Origin: a virus
Taxonomy: Duplodnaviria; Caudoviricetes
Virus record (IMG/VR): IMGVR_UViG_3300042334_001174
Coordinates: 1 to 43,237 of that record
Length of the DNA stretch: 43,237 nucleotides
Reading direction: 5' to 3' (one strand)
The position numbers and the translations under genes are program-made. The notes below the pieces were generated by a model. It was not told the DNA's origin, ran no database searches, and saw only the letters and a program-made list of their open reading frames with translations. Positions 17,681 to 26,800 of this stretch are shown here, piece by piece (within the stretch, counting starts at the first letter, position 1; each line of letters begins with the position of its first letter).

Positions 17681-18048
17681 CGTGGAGTAACGGTTAAAGC
17701 GTTGCGCACAGCCTGTTTGGCGATGTCATCGAAGTACTCCACCTGCTTCTCGCTCGTCTCGTTGAGCTTATGCAGGGCTTCTGTGAGGCTATTCAATGCG
17801 TCAAGCATCTTGGTTGCTCCCCACCAGATTACCGATGCTAGAGAGGTGAACAGCACGACGATAGCCACGATGAGAACTCCATAAAAGCTCCACTGCCCGG
17901 CCTGCTCAGGGCTAGGCACCTGCCCCGTAAAGGCGTGCCAAGCCATCTCTGCCAAGGTCATGGCCGAGGCCAGCCCGGCTGACATGACGGCCAAGATGGG
18001 GTTAGGGATTTCAGTGAGGGCGTGATGAATGGGCGGCGTGATGTTCAT
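17677..18048 (-). CDS. Holin-like membrane protein
   Basis: Two hydrophobic segments plus a coiled-coil tail, located in the lysis region. Confidence 0.5.
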   Translation of the reverse strand: MNITPPIHHALTEIPNPILAVMSAGLASAMTLAEMAWHAFTGQVPSPEQAGQWSFYGVLIVAIVVLFTSLASVIWWGATKMLDALNSLTEALHKLNETSEKQVEYFDDIAKQAVRNALTVTPR

Positions 18049-18057
18049 CTTGTTAAA

Positions 18058-18534
18058 TTATGATTGATCCAGTTTTTGAGCTGCGGCAAAAAGGGCGTCC
18101 ATTTGTGCATCTGTTTTGTTAAGGATGGCGGCAACTTGCACAACAAACGGATGCCTTCGGTGAATTGATCGTGCGCGGGTAATATGTACTTTTGCCTCGC
18201 GTTTGGCGTCAATGTCCTGAATGTTACGAATGTAATTGTTGAGTAGTATTTCGTCGTCGGCGGACATGGCGCGGAAGAGTGCGTAGTCGGAAACTACGAC
18301 TGGTTCCACCTCGCGGGGAACAACTTCCCAGCCGCGTATGACAGTTTTAGCCTGTGTGTCGATCTCTTCCGGTAGACGGCGTATTTCGTGCGTGGTGGGG
18401 TCGAAAGTGGGGCGGGCAGGCTCAATAAGGTCGAAGACTTCATATTCCGCAGCGAGCCCGACGACGGGCTCGTTGTCGCTGCGAGGGTAGGGCTTCGTGG
18501 TTCCTGTTGGGGTGTGGAAAAGGATTTTGCTCAT
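18058..18534 (-). CDS. Tail fibre assembly/accessory protein
   Basis: Follows the fibre genes. RPTFDPTTHE and C-terminal AQMDALFAAA are typical of such proteins. Confidence 0.55.
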   Translation of the reverse strand: MSKILFHTPTGTTKPYPRSDNEPVVGLAAEYEVFDLIEPARPTFDPTTHEIRRLPEEIDTQAKTVIRGWEVVPREVEPVVVSDYALFRAMSADDEILLNNYIRNIQDIDAKREAKVHITRARSIHRRHPFVVQVAAILNKTDAQMDALFAAAQKLDQS

Positions 18535-18536
18535 GT

Positions 18537-19181
18537 TCAGAAGGCTGCGGAAGCGATTTGGATGGCGTCGTAGTATGCCTCATACGTGCTTGAAACGGTG
18601 TGTCCAAGGTAGATGCGGTCAGCATCAAGTGTTCCTGTTCCATTGGAGGCGATGCAGGTTTGTGCTCCGGTCACAGACAGGTCCGGTTTCACATCCGTCA
18701 AAGCCCATCCCGCTCTTGTGATCGCGTTTGATCCTGTCCCTTTCACATACTCAAACCAGATATAGATGTCCGTATTCGTGGCAATCGTCGCGGAAGACGA
18801 TCCATTTGATCCACCACCATTGACGCGCATCGTGCGGTTAGCTCCGACGAGAAGCAGTGAAGCCAGAGTGGTTGTGCCATTGCGGATCGTTGCGATGGTC
18901 GGGTTGCTAGACGTGCTGGCAACACGGAACCGAAACTTGGTGAAAAGCGAACTTTGCGCAGCAAAACTCGTATAAGTACTTCCTGTTTGAGAAGATAGAA
19001 CGATCTGAAGCGACTGCGTTCCGACAATGACCACGGTGGCTTCGGCAGGGTCAATCGTGCCTGTTCCTGCCGCAGTCCAAGTCTCCCCGTTGTCGTAGCC
19101 GGTTGTCGGCGTCTCGAAGTTCTGGTTCACCAAGAAACTTGATCCTGCCGCAGCAAACCGATAGGGGTTCATCAGGTTCAT
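18537..19181 (-). CDS. Virion protein with a lectin/jelly-roll-like domain
   Basis: N-terminal MNPYRF, NFET...YYDAIQI beta-sandwich pattern. Confidence 0.55.
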   Translation of the reverse strand: MNLMNPYRFAAAGSSFLVNQNFETPTTGYDNGETWTAAGTGTIDPAEATVVIVGTQSLQIVLSSQTGSTYTSFAAQSSLFTKFRFRVASTSSNPTIATIRNGTTTLASLLLVGANRTMRVNGGGSNGSSSATIATNTDIYIWFEYVKGTGSNAITRAGWALTDVKPDLSVTGAQTCIASNGTGTLDADRIYLGHTVSSTYEAYYDAIQIASAAF

Positions 19182-20299
19182 GCGCGGGTTCCGATAAGGG
19201 TTACTTTAAGCCCTGCTCCAGCGATGGTGCTGCCGAGCTGGTCAATGTCGATGGTCATCTCCGCGTCATCAGCAAGGGCCGAGTCTGAAATGACTGGTGG
19301 TGTTGCCGCCGTGGTGCTAGTTTTCTCGCTCGCGTCAATGCTTAGTTTGGTGCTGAGAATGGACGCGCCAGCTTCGTTGATGTCCACAACCAAAGTTGAG
19401 CCGGTAGGGGCCGTCGTGACACTGGCTCGAACGGCGGTAAGAGTGACGGCACAAGGCATTCGGAATGTCACTTTTGCGGTCCCTGTCGTGAGGGAAGTCG
19501 TCTCGTCACTGATGGCTAGACTATACTCGAACGGCATCCCAACGAACGAGCCTCCTGCACGATAAAGCAGGTTCCCTTCCACGGTGACGTTTCCTGCGGA
19601 ACTGCGTGCAAGAGTCGTATCAGAGGCGTTGCCAAGTTCCAAACTACCAACTCCAAGGGCCGTCGATGTAGAGGACGTGATGCCTGCGACGGGTAGGCCA
19701 GTGGCATTTGTGAGCGTGAGACTGCTAGGCGTGCCGCCCGCCCCATTGAGCACCACTGGAGCGCCCGCACTTCCGACGTTGACGGCCATGGCTGTAGCTA
19801 CACCCGTGCCAAGTCCTGTGATGCTCCCCACCGCAGGCGTGATCGTGTTCGTGCTCACCGCAGTCACAAGGCCCTTGGCATTCACTGTGACAGCTGGCGC
19901 TGCTGTAGCTGAACCATAGCTTCCCACGTTACTGTTGACCGTGGCTAGTGTGAGAGCGCCTGTGCTTGCTAGCGTAGCATCGCCCGAGGCCGCCACTGGC
20001 GCGTAGGCCGTGCCGCCTGCATTGCCCACAAGAATTTGCCCCGCTGATGGCGCGGTGTTCGGCACTACTGCCGCCTGCGTCTGTGCATGGTCGGTGACGT
20101 TGGTAAGGCCTACCTGCGCTTTTGTGACGCTGTGGGGATTACTGGTGTTGCCAACGTGAGAGGAAAGATCGCTTGCGGTGGCAAAAGCCGTGGCTGCCTC
20201 GGTGGCGGCGGTGCCGAGGCCGAGATTTGTCCTCATGGCGGCTTGGTTAGCCGAGCCCATGAAGGTATCAACATCGGAGGATGTAGTGAGGTTAGCCAT
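19178..20299 (-). CDS. Tail fibre protein
   Basis: MRTNLGLG and NPHSVTKAQVGLTNV shaft motifs, Gly/Ala/Thr-rich, C-terminal beta domain. Confidence 0.75.
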   Translation of the reverse strand: MANLTTSSDVDTFMGSANQAAMRTNLGLGTAATEAATAFATASDLSSHVGNTSNPHSVTKAQVGLTNVTDHAQTQAAVVPNTAPSAGQILVGNAGGTAYAPVAASGDATLASTGALTLATVNSNVGSYGSATAAPAVTVNAKGLVTAVSTNTITPAVGSITGLGTGVATAMAVNVGSAGAPVVLNGAGGTPSSLTLTNATGLPVAGITSSTSTALGVGSLELGNASDTTLARSSAGNVTVEGNLLYRAGGSFVGMPFEYSLAISDETTSLTTGTAKVTFRMPCAVTLTAVRASVTTAPTGSTLVVDINEAGASILSTKLSIDASEKTSTTAATPPVISDSALADDAEMTIDIDQLGSTIAGAGLKVTLIGTRA

Positions 20300-21003
20300 T
20301 AGGGGCGAATATAAAGGTCTGTGCCGCCTGGGCGGCGGTAGCCATCAACCCCGCCAGGGCGGAGGTAGGTGTATTCAAGCGGTGGAGGAAGGGTAATGTT
20401 GACTTGCCAGACGTTGCTGTGGAGTCCTTCAAAAGCTCCTGCAAATGGGGTGACGCGGTAGTAGTAGTTGCCAGTTGCCGCCTCCGACGTATCGAAGGTA
20501 AGTAGAGCAGTCGTGGTGAGCGGTCCAAACGTGATATTGTCCGTGCTGCGTTCAAGGTGGTATTCTGTGGCTCCAGAAATGTCATTCCAATTAAGAGTAA
20601 AGGTTTCATTTTCTTGTGCTTGCCCCGGTCCGCTAAGGACTGGGGCTTCACCCTCCCCCGGCAGGAGAATACTAACCTCATTACTGATTGGCCCCTCCCC
20701 TGCGTCATTGTATGGCTCGATATAATACTCGTAAGACGTTTCTGGTGTCGTTTCGCCAGTTACATCCTCATAAACGCGATTAGTGGTTGTCGTTAGTTCG
20801 GTGAACGATACTGCTGGAGAGATTTTGCGGTAGATGCGGTACCCAAAACCTGCGCTGCTGGTCTTGTTGCTTGCTGTCCATTGCAAATTCGCCGTATCGC
20901 TTCCGAGATCCGCAGACACGTCCAACACGGGTGCCACGTTTGGCGGTGTGAGTACGCCACTGCCACCGCTTCCGCAGCCAAGAAGTAGTAGCGCATTTGC
21001 CAT
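20299..21003 (-). CDS. Virion protein with two fibronectin type III-like domains
   Basis: LQWT..GYRIYR..YEYYIEPYN.AGEG and LNWN..EYHLERS..YYYRVTP. Confidence 0.75.
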   Translation of the reverse strand: MANALLLLGCGSGGSGVLTPPNVAPVLDVSADLGSDTANLQWTASNKTSSAGFGYRIYRKISPAVSFTELTTTTNRVYEDVTGETTPETSYEYYIEPYNDAGEGPISNEVSILLPGEGEAPVLSGPGQAQENETFTLNWNDISGATEYHLERSTDNITFGPLTTTALLTFDTSEAATGNYYYRVTPFAGAFEGLHSNVWQVNITLPPPLEYTYLRPGGVDGYRRPGGTDLYIRP

Positions 21004-21008
21004 TAGCG

Positions 21009-21371
21009 TTACGGGATAGGAGCCCAGATTACACGCACCGATACGCTGGCCGTGCCAGTTGAGGTGACGGTCAACGCCTCGCTTGATTTGGTGATAAACA
21101 AAGGTGTTTGGTTGTCAGGATTACCCCGGTTGCTGCCACCTGATGCGGCTACATACTCGGGAGCGTCAATGGCGGTGGATGCGGAATTAAATGTTACCGT
21201 GGCGTCGGCATCGGCGCGAAGTTCCACGTAGAACACTGCAATTTTTTTGCCCGTCACAGCGGCCACAACCTCCTCAGCGGTATCTGGTGAGGTGATAGTC
21301 TCAAAAGCGCGCTGCTTTTGGATGATGAGCCCACCCATATAGTGGTAGTAGTTTTGGGGGTAGCGTTCCAT
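21009..21371 (-). CDS. Hypothetical beta-rich virion protein
   Basis: Clean ORF directly after the conserved motif. Confidence 0.6.
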   Translation of the reverse strand: MERYPQNYYHYMGGLIIQKQRAFETITSPDTAEEVVAAVTGKKIAVFYVELRADADATVTFNSASTAIDAPEYVAASGGSNRGNPDNQTPLFITKSSEALTVTSTGTASVSVRVIWAPIP

Positions 21372-21385
21372 TGTGTGTAGTTATG
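21370..21385 (-). promoter_or_regulatory. Conserved upstream motif CATAACTACACACAAT (copy 2)
   Basis: Exact 16-mer spanning from the upstream gene's stop codon to this gene's ATG. Confidence 0.7.
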
Positions 21386-21737
21386 CGGGTTCTTCGCCTG
21401 CTTGCAAGTCTTTTTGCCCGCCCTGCCCGGCCTTTTCCTTGGCGGCCCGGCCCTGGCGCACGGCGGCGAGCTGGCCGGTGACAAGCGTGGCGACTTCGTT
21501 GTAAATAGTGTATTCGCGCAGGCAGTCGGAGATAATCTGGAGATTGCGCACCTTGAGCGGGTCGTCGGCGTCCTCGGCCTTGACCGGCCCGGCTGGCTTG
21601 GCGGCCTCGGCAATGGCCCGGCGTAGCGCACCCTGGGCGTAGGCCGTGTAGGGCTTCACGATGATCTTATCAAACGCCTCGTTGTTCTCCAACTGAATGA
21701 GGAACTCTTCGGCTAGGGCTTCAATGGGCTTGGACAT
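21381..21737 (-). CDS. Hypothetical protein downstream of the portal
   Basis: Helical ORF in the position usual for a small portal-adjacent gene. Confidence 0.65.
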   Translation of the reverse strand: MSKPIEALAEEFLIQLENNEAFDKIIVKPYTAYAQGALRRAIAEAAKPAGPVKAEDADDPLKVRNLQIISDCLREYTIYNEVATLVTGQLAAVRQGRAAKEKAGQGGQKDLQAGEEPA

Positions 21738-21743
21738 GGGCGG

Positions 21744-23813
21744 TTATCGGGTGGGCGGTTCTGCTGGCGGCTGGCCTGCCTCGGCCTCGGCTGCCATGGC
21801 TTCGGCCTGTGCCTGGGCCATGACGGCCGTGGCTTGCTGGATGGCTGCTAGGGTGGTTTCTGGGTTTGGCTCGCCAATACCTTTAAGGATGTCGGTGTAC
21901 TGGCGCATCATAGCTTGCTGCATGGGCGGGGCCATGGCGGCGAACTGGTTCAGCACGTTGATGATGGCTTGGCCGACTTCCACCATTTGCGAGCTGTGCG
22001 ACTTGGTGAGGCTGATTTCAAAGACGTTGCGCACGTCCTCGGGGAAGCCCTTCACCCACTCAATCAGCACCATGGCCTTGTCTTGACCCACTTGCTTAAT
22101 GAGGGCCGCCAGCCCGGCCTCGGTGTTCGTCATCGTGTAAAGCTCGATGTCGATAAAGTCGTTGAGCATGGCTGTCAGGCCTTCCACGACTTCGTTTTCT
22201 CGGGCGCGCAGGCTTTGGTTGCTGGTGTTTTCGAGGATCTTGGCAACGCCTAGCGTGTCCTGGCCCGGCACGTCGGCCACGGTGGAGTCGGCGGGGCTGG
22301 TCAGCCCGGCGTTGATCTCGGCCCGGCCAATGAAGCGGTCCATGAGCGTAGAGAAGATTTCCACGTTGGCGGGCTCTACGGTCTTCACGGCCATGGCGTC
22401 GTCGGCGGTGAAGCCTGCGCGGAGTTGGTAGCCTTCGGAGTTGCGGAACTGGATACCGCCGCCGTCGATGCCCTGCTGTGTGGCTAGGGGGTTCTCAAAG
22501 AGCACGTTGCCGGAGGTGTTGGCGTCAAATTCGATGCGGTTTAGCATCTTGTCGGATACTTCATGCCAAGTGTCCAAAAGCTCGTAGTAGCCTCGGCCTG
22601 TCCAGCGGTGCAGTTTTGGCCAGATACGGTGGTCGGTATAGGGGTGCGGTGCCTCCTTGTCTGACCATGGCAAGATGATTGTGGCGTATTCGTAGTGAAT
22701 GGGGATTTTAGCGTCCCAGTCAATCAGCACATAAATGGGCTCTGCGTAGCCGTCGCCGTCGGCATCGTAGCGAATCCATGTCTCTACATAAACGCGGGTG
22801 CGGAAGCGTTTAGGATCTTCCGTGGCTGGGCGCATGGAGGCTTCATTCTCGCCATCGCGGACACGGTTTAGATTGGCGCGGACGGTGTAGGTGGCGGTAT
22901 CTGCCCCGCCTGTCAGATTGCCGGTCTTGGCCTTGTCGTTGTAGTCGTCAAACGCCTTTTTCTCGCGTGTCTCGGGCGCGTAGCCAATGAGCAGGTCGCC
23001 GGGATTGGCGGCGAAGACGTGGCCTTTTAAGGGTGAAACGTCGAGGTTTTCGGCGTTGATGTGACAGAAGAAGTCCCCGTAGTGGATGACTTTAGTTTCT
23101 GCACCGGGCTCCTTGCTGGTGCGCTGCATCACAACCTTGGGCTTGGAGATTTGCAGGGCCGCCCCTACGGGCACAAAAATAGCCGGGTCACGCTCCAATA
23201 CTTGACGGTCTGGATAAGCTGGGTCGGCAATCCATTTGTCAGTCGATAAAACAGGCTGGCCTTGGCTGTCTTTGATCACTTTACCGTCGAGCGTCACAGT
23301 TTGAGTAACGACGGGCTTCATGTAATAGGCTTCGCTCAGCCCAGCCCGCGTAATCTCCTGGCCTCGGATGAGGCTGCCTTGCTTGGCCTTTTTGCCCACC
23401 TCGTTTAGCTTTGTGAGCTTGGCGCGGTGCTTGAGGCGCTGCATCAAAATCTCAATCGCCGGGTTTTCGTCCTCGGCCCCCTCGGCGTTTGGACCAAAAA
23501 AGGCGGGCGTAGAAAGCAAGTCGTTGTCCATCTTGTCGCCGTGCTGGTTAACCGGCGTCATGGGCAGGTTCAGCGATAGGTTTGTCTCGCGGAAAAGCAG
23601 GCAGTTGGCCTTGCGGTGCTCGAAGTCCTGCTCGTAGGCTAGCTGGTAGTTGTCCCAGCGCCAAAGAAGTGAACCAACGGTGTAGTCTCGGCTGGTGGTC
23701 TGGACGCCCATAAGTTGGCGGCAGTTCTCCACTTCGGCGATGACGTACTGAACGAATGCGTTCTCGGCGGCGTCATTGTCGAAAGTGAGGTGGGAGTTGA
23801 TGAGGCGCTGCAT
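21744..23813 (-). CDS. Portal protein
   Basis: 689 aa with VYVETWIRYDADGDGYAE, WTGRGYYELL and QDTLGVAKIL, plus a Gln/Ala-rich C-terminal barrel typical of podovirus portals. Confidence 0.8.
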   Translation of the reverse strand: MQRLINSHLTFDNDAAENAFVQYVIAEVENCRQLMGVQTTSRDYTVGSLLWRWDNYQLAYEQDFEHRKANCLLFRETNLSLNLPMTPVNQHGDKMDNDLLSTPAFFGPNAEGAEDENPAIEILMQRLKHRAKLTKLNEVGKKAKQGSLIRGQEITRAGLSEAYYMKPVVTQTVTLDGKVIKDSQGQPVLSTDKWIADPAYPDRQVLERDPAIFVPVGAALQISKPKVVMQRTSKEPGAETKVIHYGDFFCHINAENLDVSPLKGHVFAANPGDLLIGYAPETREKKAFDDYNDKAKTGNLTGGADTATYTVRANLNRVRDGENEASMRPATEDPKRFRTRVYVETWIRYDADGDGYAEPIYVLIDWDAKIPIHYEYATIILPWSDKEAPHPYTDHRIWPKLHRWTGRGYYELLDTWHEVSDKMLNRIEFDANTSGNVLFENPLATQQGIDGGGIQFRNSEGYQLRAGFTADDAMAVKTVEPANVEIFSTLMDRFIGRAEINAGLTSPADSTVADVPGQDTLGVAKILENTSNQSLRARENEVVEGLTAMLNDFIDIELYTMTNTEAGLAALIKQVGQDKAMVLIEWVKGFPEDVRNVFEISLTKSHSSQMVEVGQAIINVLNQFAAMAPPMQQAMMRQYTDILKGIGEPNPETTLAAIQQATAVMAQAQAEAMAAEAEAGQPPAEPPTR

Positions 23814-23816
23814 TCG

Positions 23817-23834
23817 ATATTGTGTGTAGTTATG
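23817..23834 (-). promoter_or_regulatory. Conserved upstream motif CATAACTACACACAATAT (copy 3)
   Basis: Exact 18-mer match to 13317-13334, 3 nt before the portal ATG. Confidence 0.7.
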
Positions 23835-26800
23835 GCGTGGCTGTGGCTTTGTGCAAGCCCATTGCGTGGGCCTGTGCCCTGGCGGCGGCCATGGCGTCTT
23901 CGCGGGCCTTCTTGAACGCCTTAATTAAGCTCTCGCCCGGCGCTGCCTTCTCGCTTGGCATGGCCTTGGCTGCCACCTTGGCGGCATTGGCGGCATAAAG
24001 GCGGCCTGCCAGTTCGGCAAACTGGCGTTTCTTGGCCGGATCTATGATGGGCACGGGCTTGGCCTTGCCGGGAGGGTCGGCGTTGTAGTCGTCCCGTTGG
24101 AGCGGTTGCGGGCTCCAGCGTTTCGTTGGGTGTAGGCGGTTGGCGCGGTAGAGAAGTGCGTCGGGCTGGGGTGTGACTTTGGTGTTGGCCTGGAATAGCA
24201 GGCGGGCAGGCGGCGTGAAGGCTTTGGGCAGGCGCTCGCCGGTTGTGCTGATTTTGGGCTGGGCGGCGAAGACTGGCAGTTTGGGGGCAATGGTGGGGTT
24301 TGGCAGGGCGGCATAGCCTGGGCCTGCCGTTGTGCGCTCGCGGAGCACGTCGTCCATGTTGCGGAGCGGCTGCTTGATGAGATTGGGAATCACGTTGTTC
24401 ATCAGCATTTTTACCCCGGCGCTTTGGTCGGGATTCTCGCGCTTCTCTTCCACGTCGCGGACAAACTGCATGGCGTTGGCGAAGCCTTGCAGGAATGATT
24501 TATCCTCCAGTGACGAGACGAGGCTGGACAGCATGTAGGTGGAGTAGCTGGCGTTTTCGCCCTGTGACTTGAGGCGTTTGACCTCCTGATAGTTGCGGTA
24601 GGCGTCGATCCACGTTGTCAGGAGCGTGGCAGCGGGCTCGTAGCGGCCAAAGGGCAGGCTGCCAAGCACCTTGCCTTTGCCGTCCTGCCAGACAATGGAG
24701 TTTTCCCCGCCGTATTTGCGCAAGAACTGATCTGTGGCGGCCCGCTCCTTGAGGGAGTGCGAGCGGGTGCCGACAAGTAGCACAGGCTTTTCGTCGTCGT
24801 TGTCGTCACCTTCCAGCATGGAGGCCAAGGCCAGCCAGCCAAGCCCGGCAAGCAGCGTCTCGGAGGCGTCTTTGATCTGCATGGCCTTCGGGTAGGATTT
24901 AATCACGGGCACGCCTTTCTTGCCCATTGCCAGCCAGCCAGCCCGCGTGAGGCCGTAGAGCAGGCTGATAGCCGAGCCGCCAGCCTTTTTGATGCCGGTG
25001 CGCACGATGTTGGTGGGGGTGCGTTGGAATGGGAAGATCCAGCGCATGAGGCTACCCACGAATTTACGGGAGCGGATGCGTTTTTGGAGCTTGGCGGCAA
25101 GGTCTGAGTCGCCCTTGGCCTCGGCCTCAGCGAGTAGCTTTTCCAAGTCTTTGATGCCTTTATAGCCGCCTAGCACGGTGTCCACGATCTCGGTTGCGGA
25201 GTTGTCGTCTTGGAACAGGAGTTCCTCGGCGGTTTTCATCACCTCCCCCCACACGGCGCTGGATGTGTCGTTGAGGGTGTTGGCAATCTCGGTGTCGATG
25301 AAGGCGGCCCGCGCCTGCCCTTTCAGGCCTTGGCGCTTGGCCTCCACATGGGCCCGGCGGTAGGCCACGGCAGATGCCTCGGCATACATGATGGCCGTCT
25401 TGAAGAAGGCGTCTGTGAAGCGGAGCACACGGCCCGGCAGGCGGCTGATTCGGCCTGCCTGCCCGCCCACGCTGGCGCGGATGTTACCCACCTTGTCGAG
25501 GTCGCCGTCCACCACGTCGATTTCAAGCGGCTGGCCGAGGTATTTGTGGCGTATGGTGTCGCCTTCGGTGAGGAAGGTTTCGCGGGCCATCTCAAAGGCT
25601 GGGCCGATGCCCTGCCAGAAGCCTTTTAAAATGTGCTTGAACTCGCGGAACTGCGCGGAGTTCGGGTCTTGGTAGGCAAGGTTCAGTGTTGCCTCGGCGA
25701 GGCGCTGGCCGGTGTAGTGCCATGCCACCTGCGCGGCGTTGCCGGTGATGTTTGCCACCTGGGTCTGCGGGCCTGACAGGAGGGGCCAGTTGATCCAGTA
25801 TTCGTAAACCTTGTCGAAGGCGCTGGCCTTGGCTGCCGTGTATTCGCGGGCGAAGGCGTAGTAGTTCGCCATGTCGTCGGGGTCGAATGGCACAAACACG
25901 CGGACCTTTTGGCCGTTTGGCGTGTTGATGACTTTGGACATTAGCTTGCGGGAGTTGCGAGCCTTGGCGGATTGCAGGGCATAGCCCATCACGCGGTTTA
26001 CCTCTGCCGTCACTTGGTCGAGAGTTTGTTTTTTGCCTTTGATGAGTGTCCGCCAGTCTTCCAAAGGCCTAATCTTTGGCGGCAGCCCCAGCCCCACGGC
26101 CTTCTTGAGCCTGGCAAAGCCAGCCTTGATGAGGCCTCCAAAGCCTGTGCCCGCCTTGACCTGGGCGGCCACGGCGGGGCGGATGATGGCGGCGGTGGCG
26201 TCGTGGATGAACTTGCCTACGTCGTCTTGGTTGAGGTTGAGATAGTTTGCAATGTGCTCGTCGGAGAAGCCTCGGAAGGCGAGGCGCATGATGTTGTAGC
26301 CGTCGTTGTCTTTGCCTTTGTAGGCGTCGAGGCCTTCTTTGACGGCAGGGAGGTCGAGGATGGCGGATTGCAGGGCTACGCGGTCGGTGCCGGAGAGCAT
26401 AAGGTCGTCTTCGGTGACTCCCATGTTCTTGAGCACGGCTTGCTTGATCTTCTCGCTCTCGGCGTCGTCCTTCTCCAGCAACTCCTCTTTCGTCTCCTGG
26501 GCGCGGGCCGTCTTTAGCGCGGCCTCCACGTCTGCCCGGCGGCTGCCCCGTGCCTCGGCTAGCTCGGCCTCCAGGCTGGCGATGCGGCGGGCCTTGCCTG
26601 CCTGGGTGGGCAGGATGCGGAGCTTACGGCGGACGGCCTCGCTTGGGCCAAACACGATGTCGAGGGCTTTGGTCCAGCGTTCCTGCGGGCTTTCCAACGG
26701 GTCACGGCGGGCGCTCATGGCCTGGGCTAGGCGGGTGCCGGTGTCCAGGTAGTAGTTGCCTACCTTGTTGAGGAGGGCGCGGATATTCTTGTCGCCAGTG

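Noticed and set aside
18058-21003. Diversity-generating retroelement or invertible tail-fibre switch
   Set aside because: No reverse transcriptase, invertase or TR/VR repeat pair was seen.
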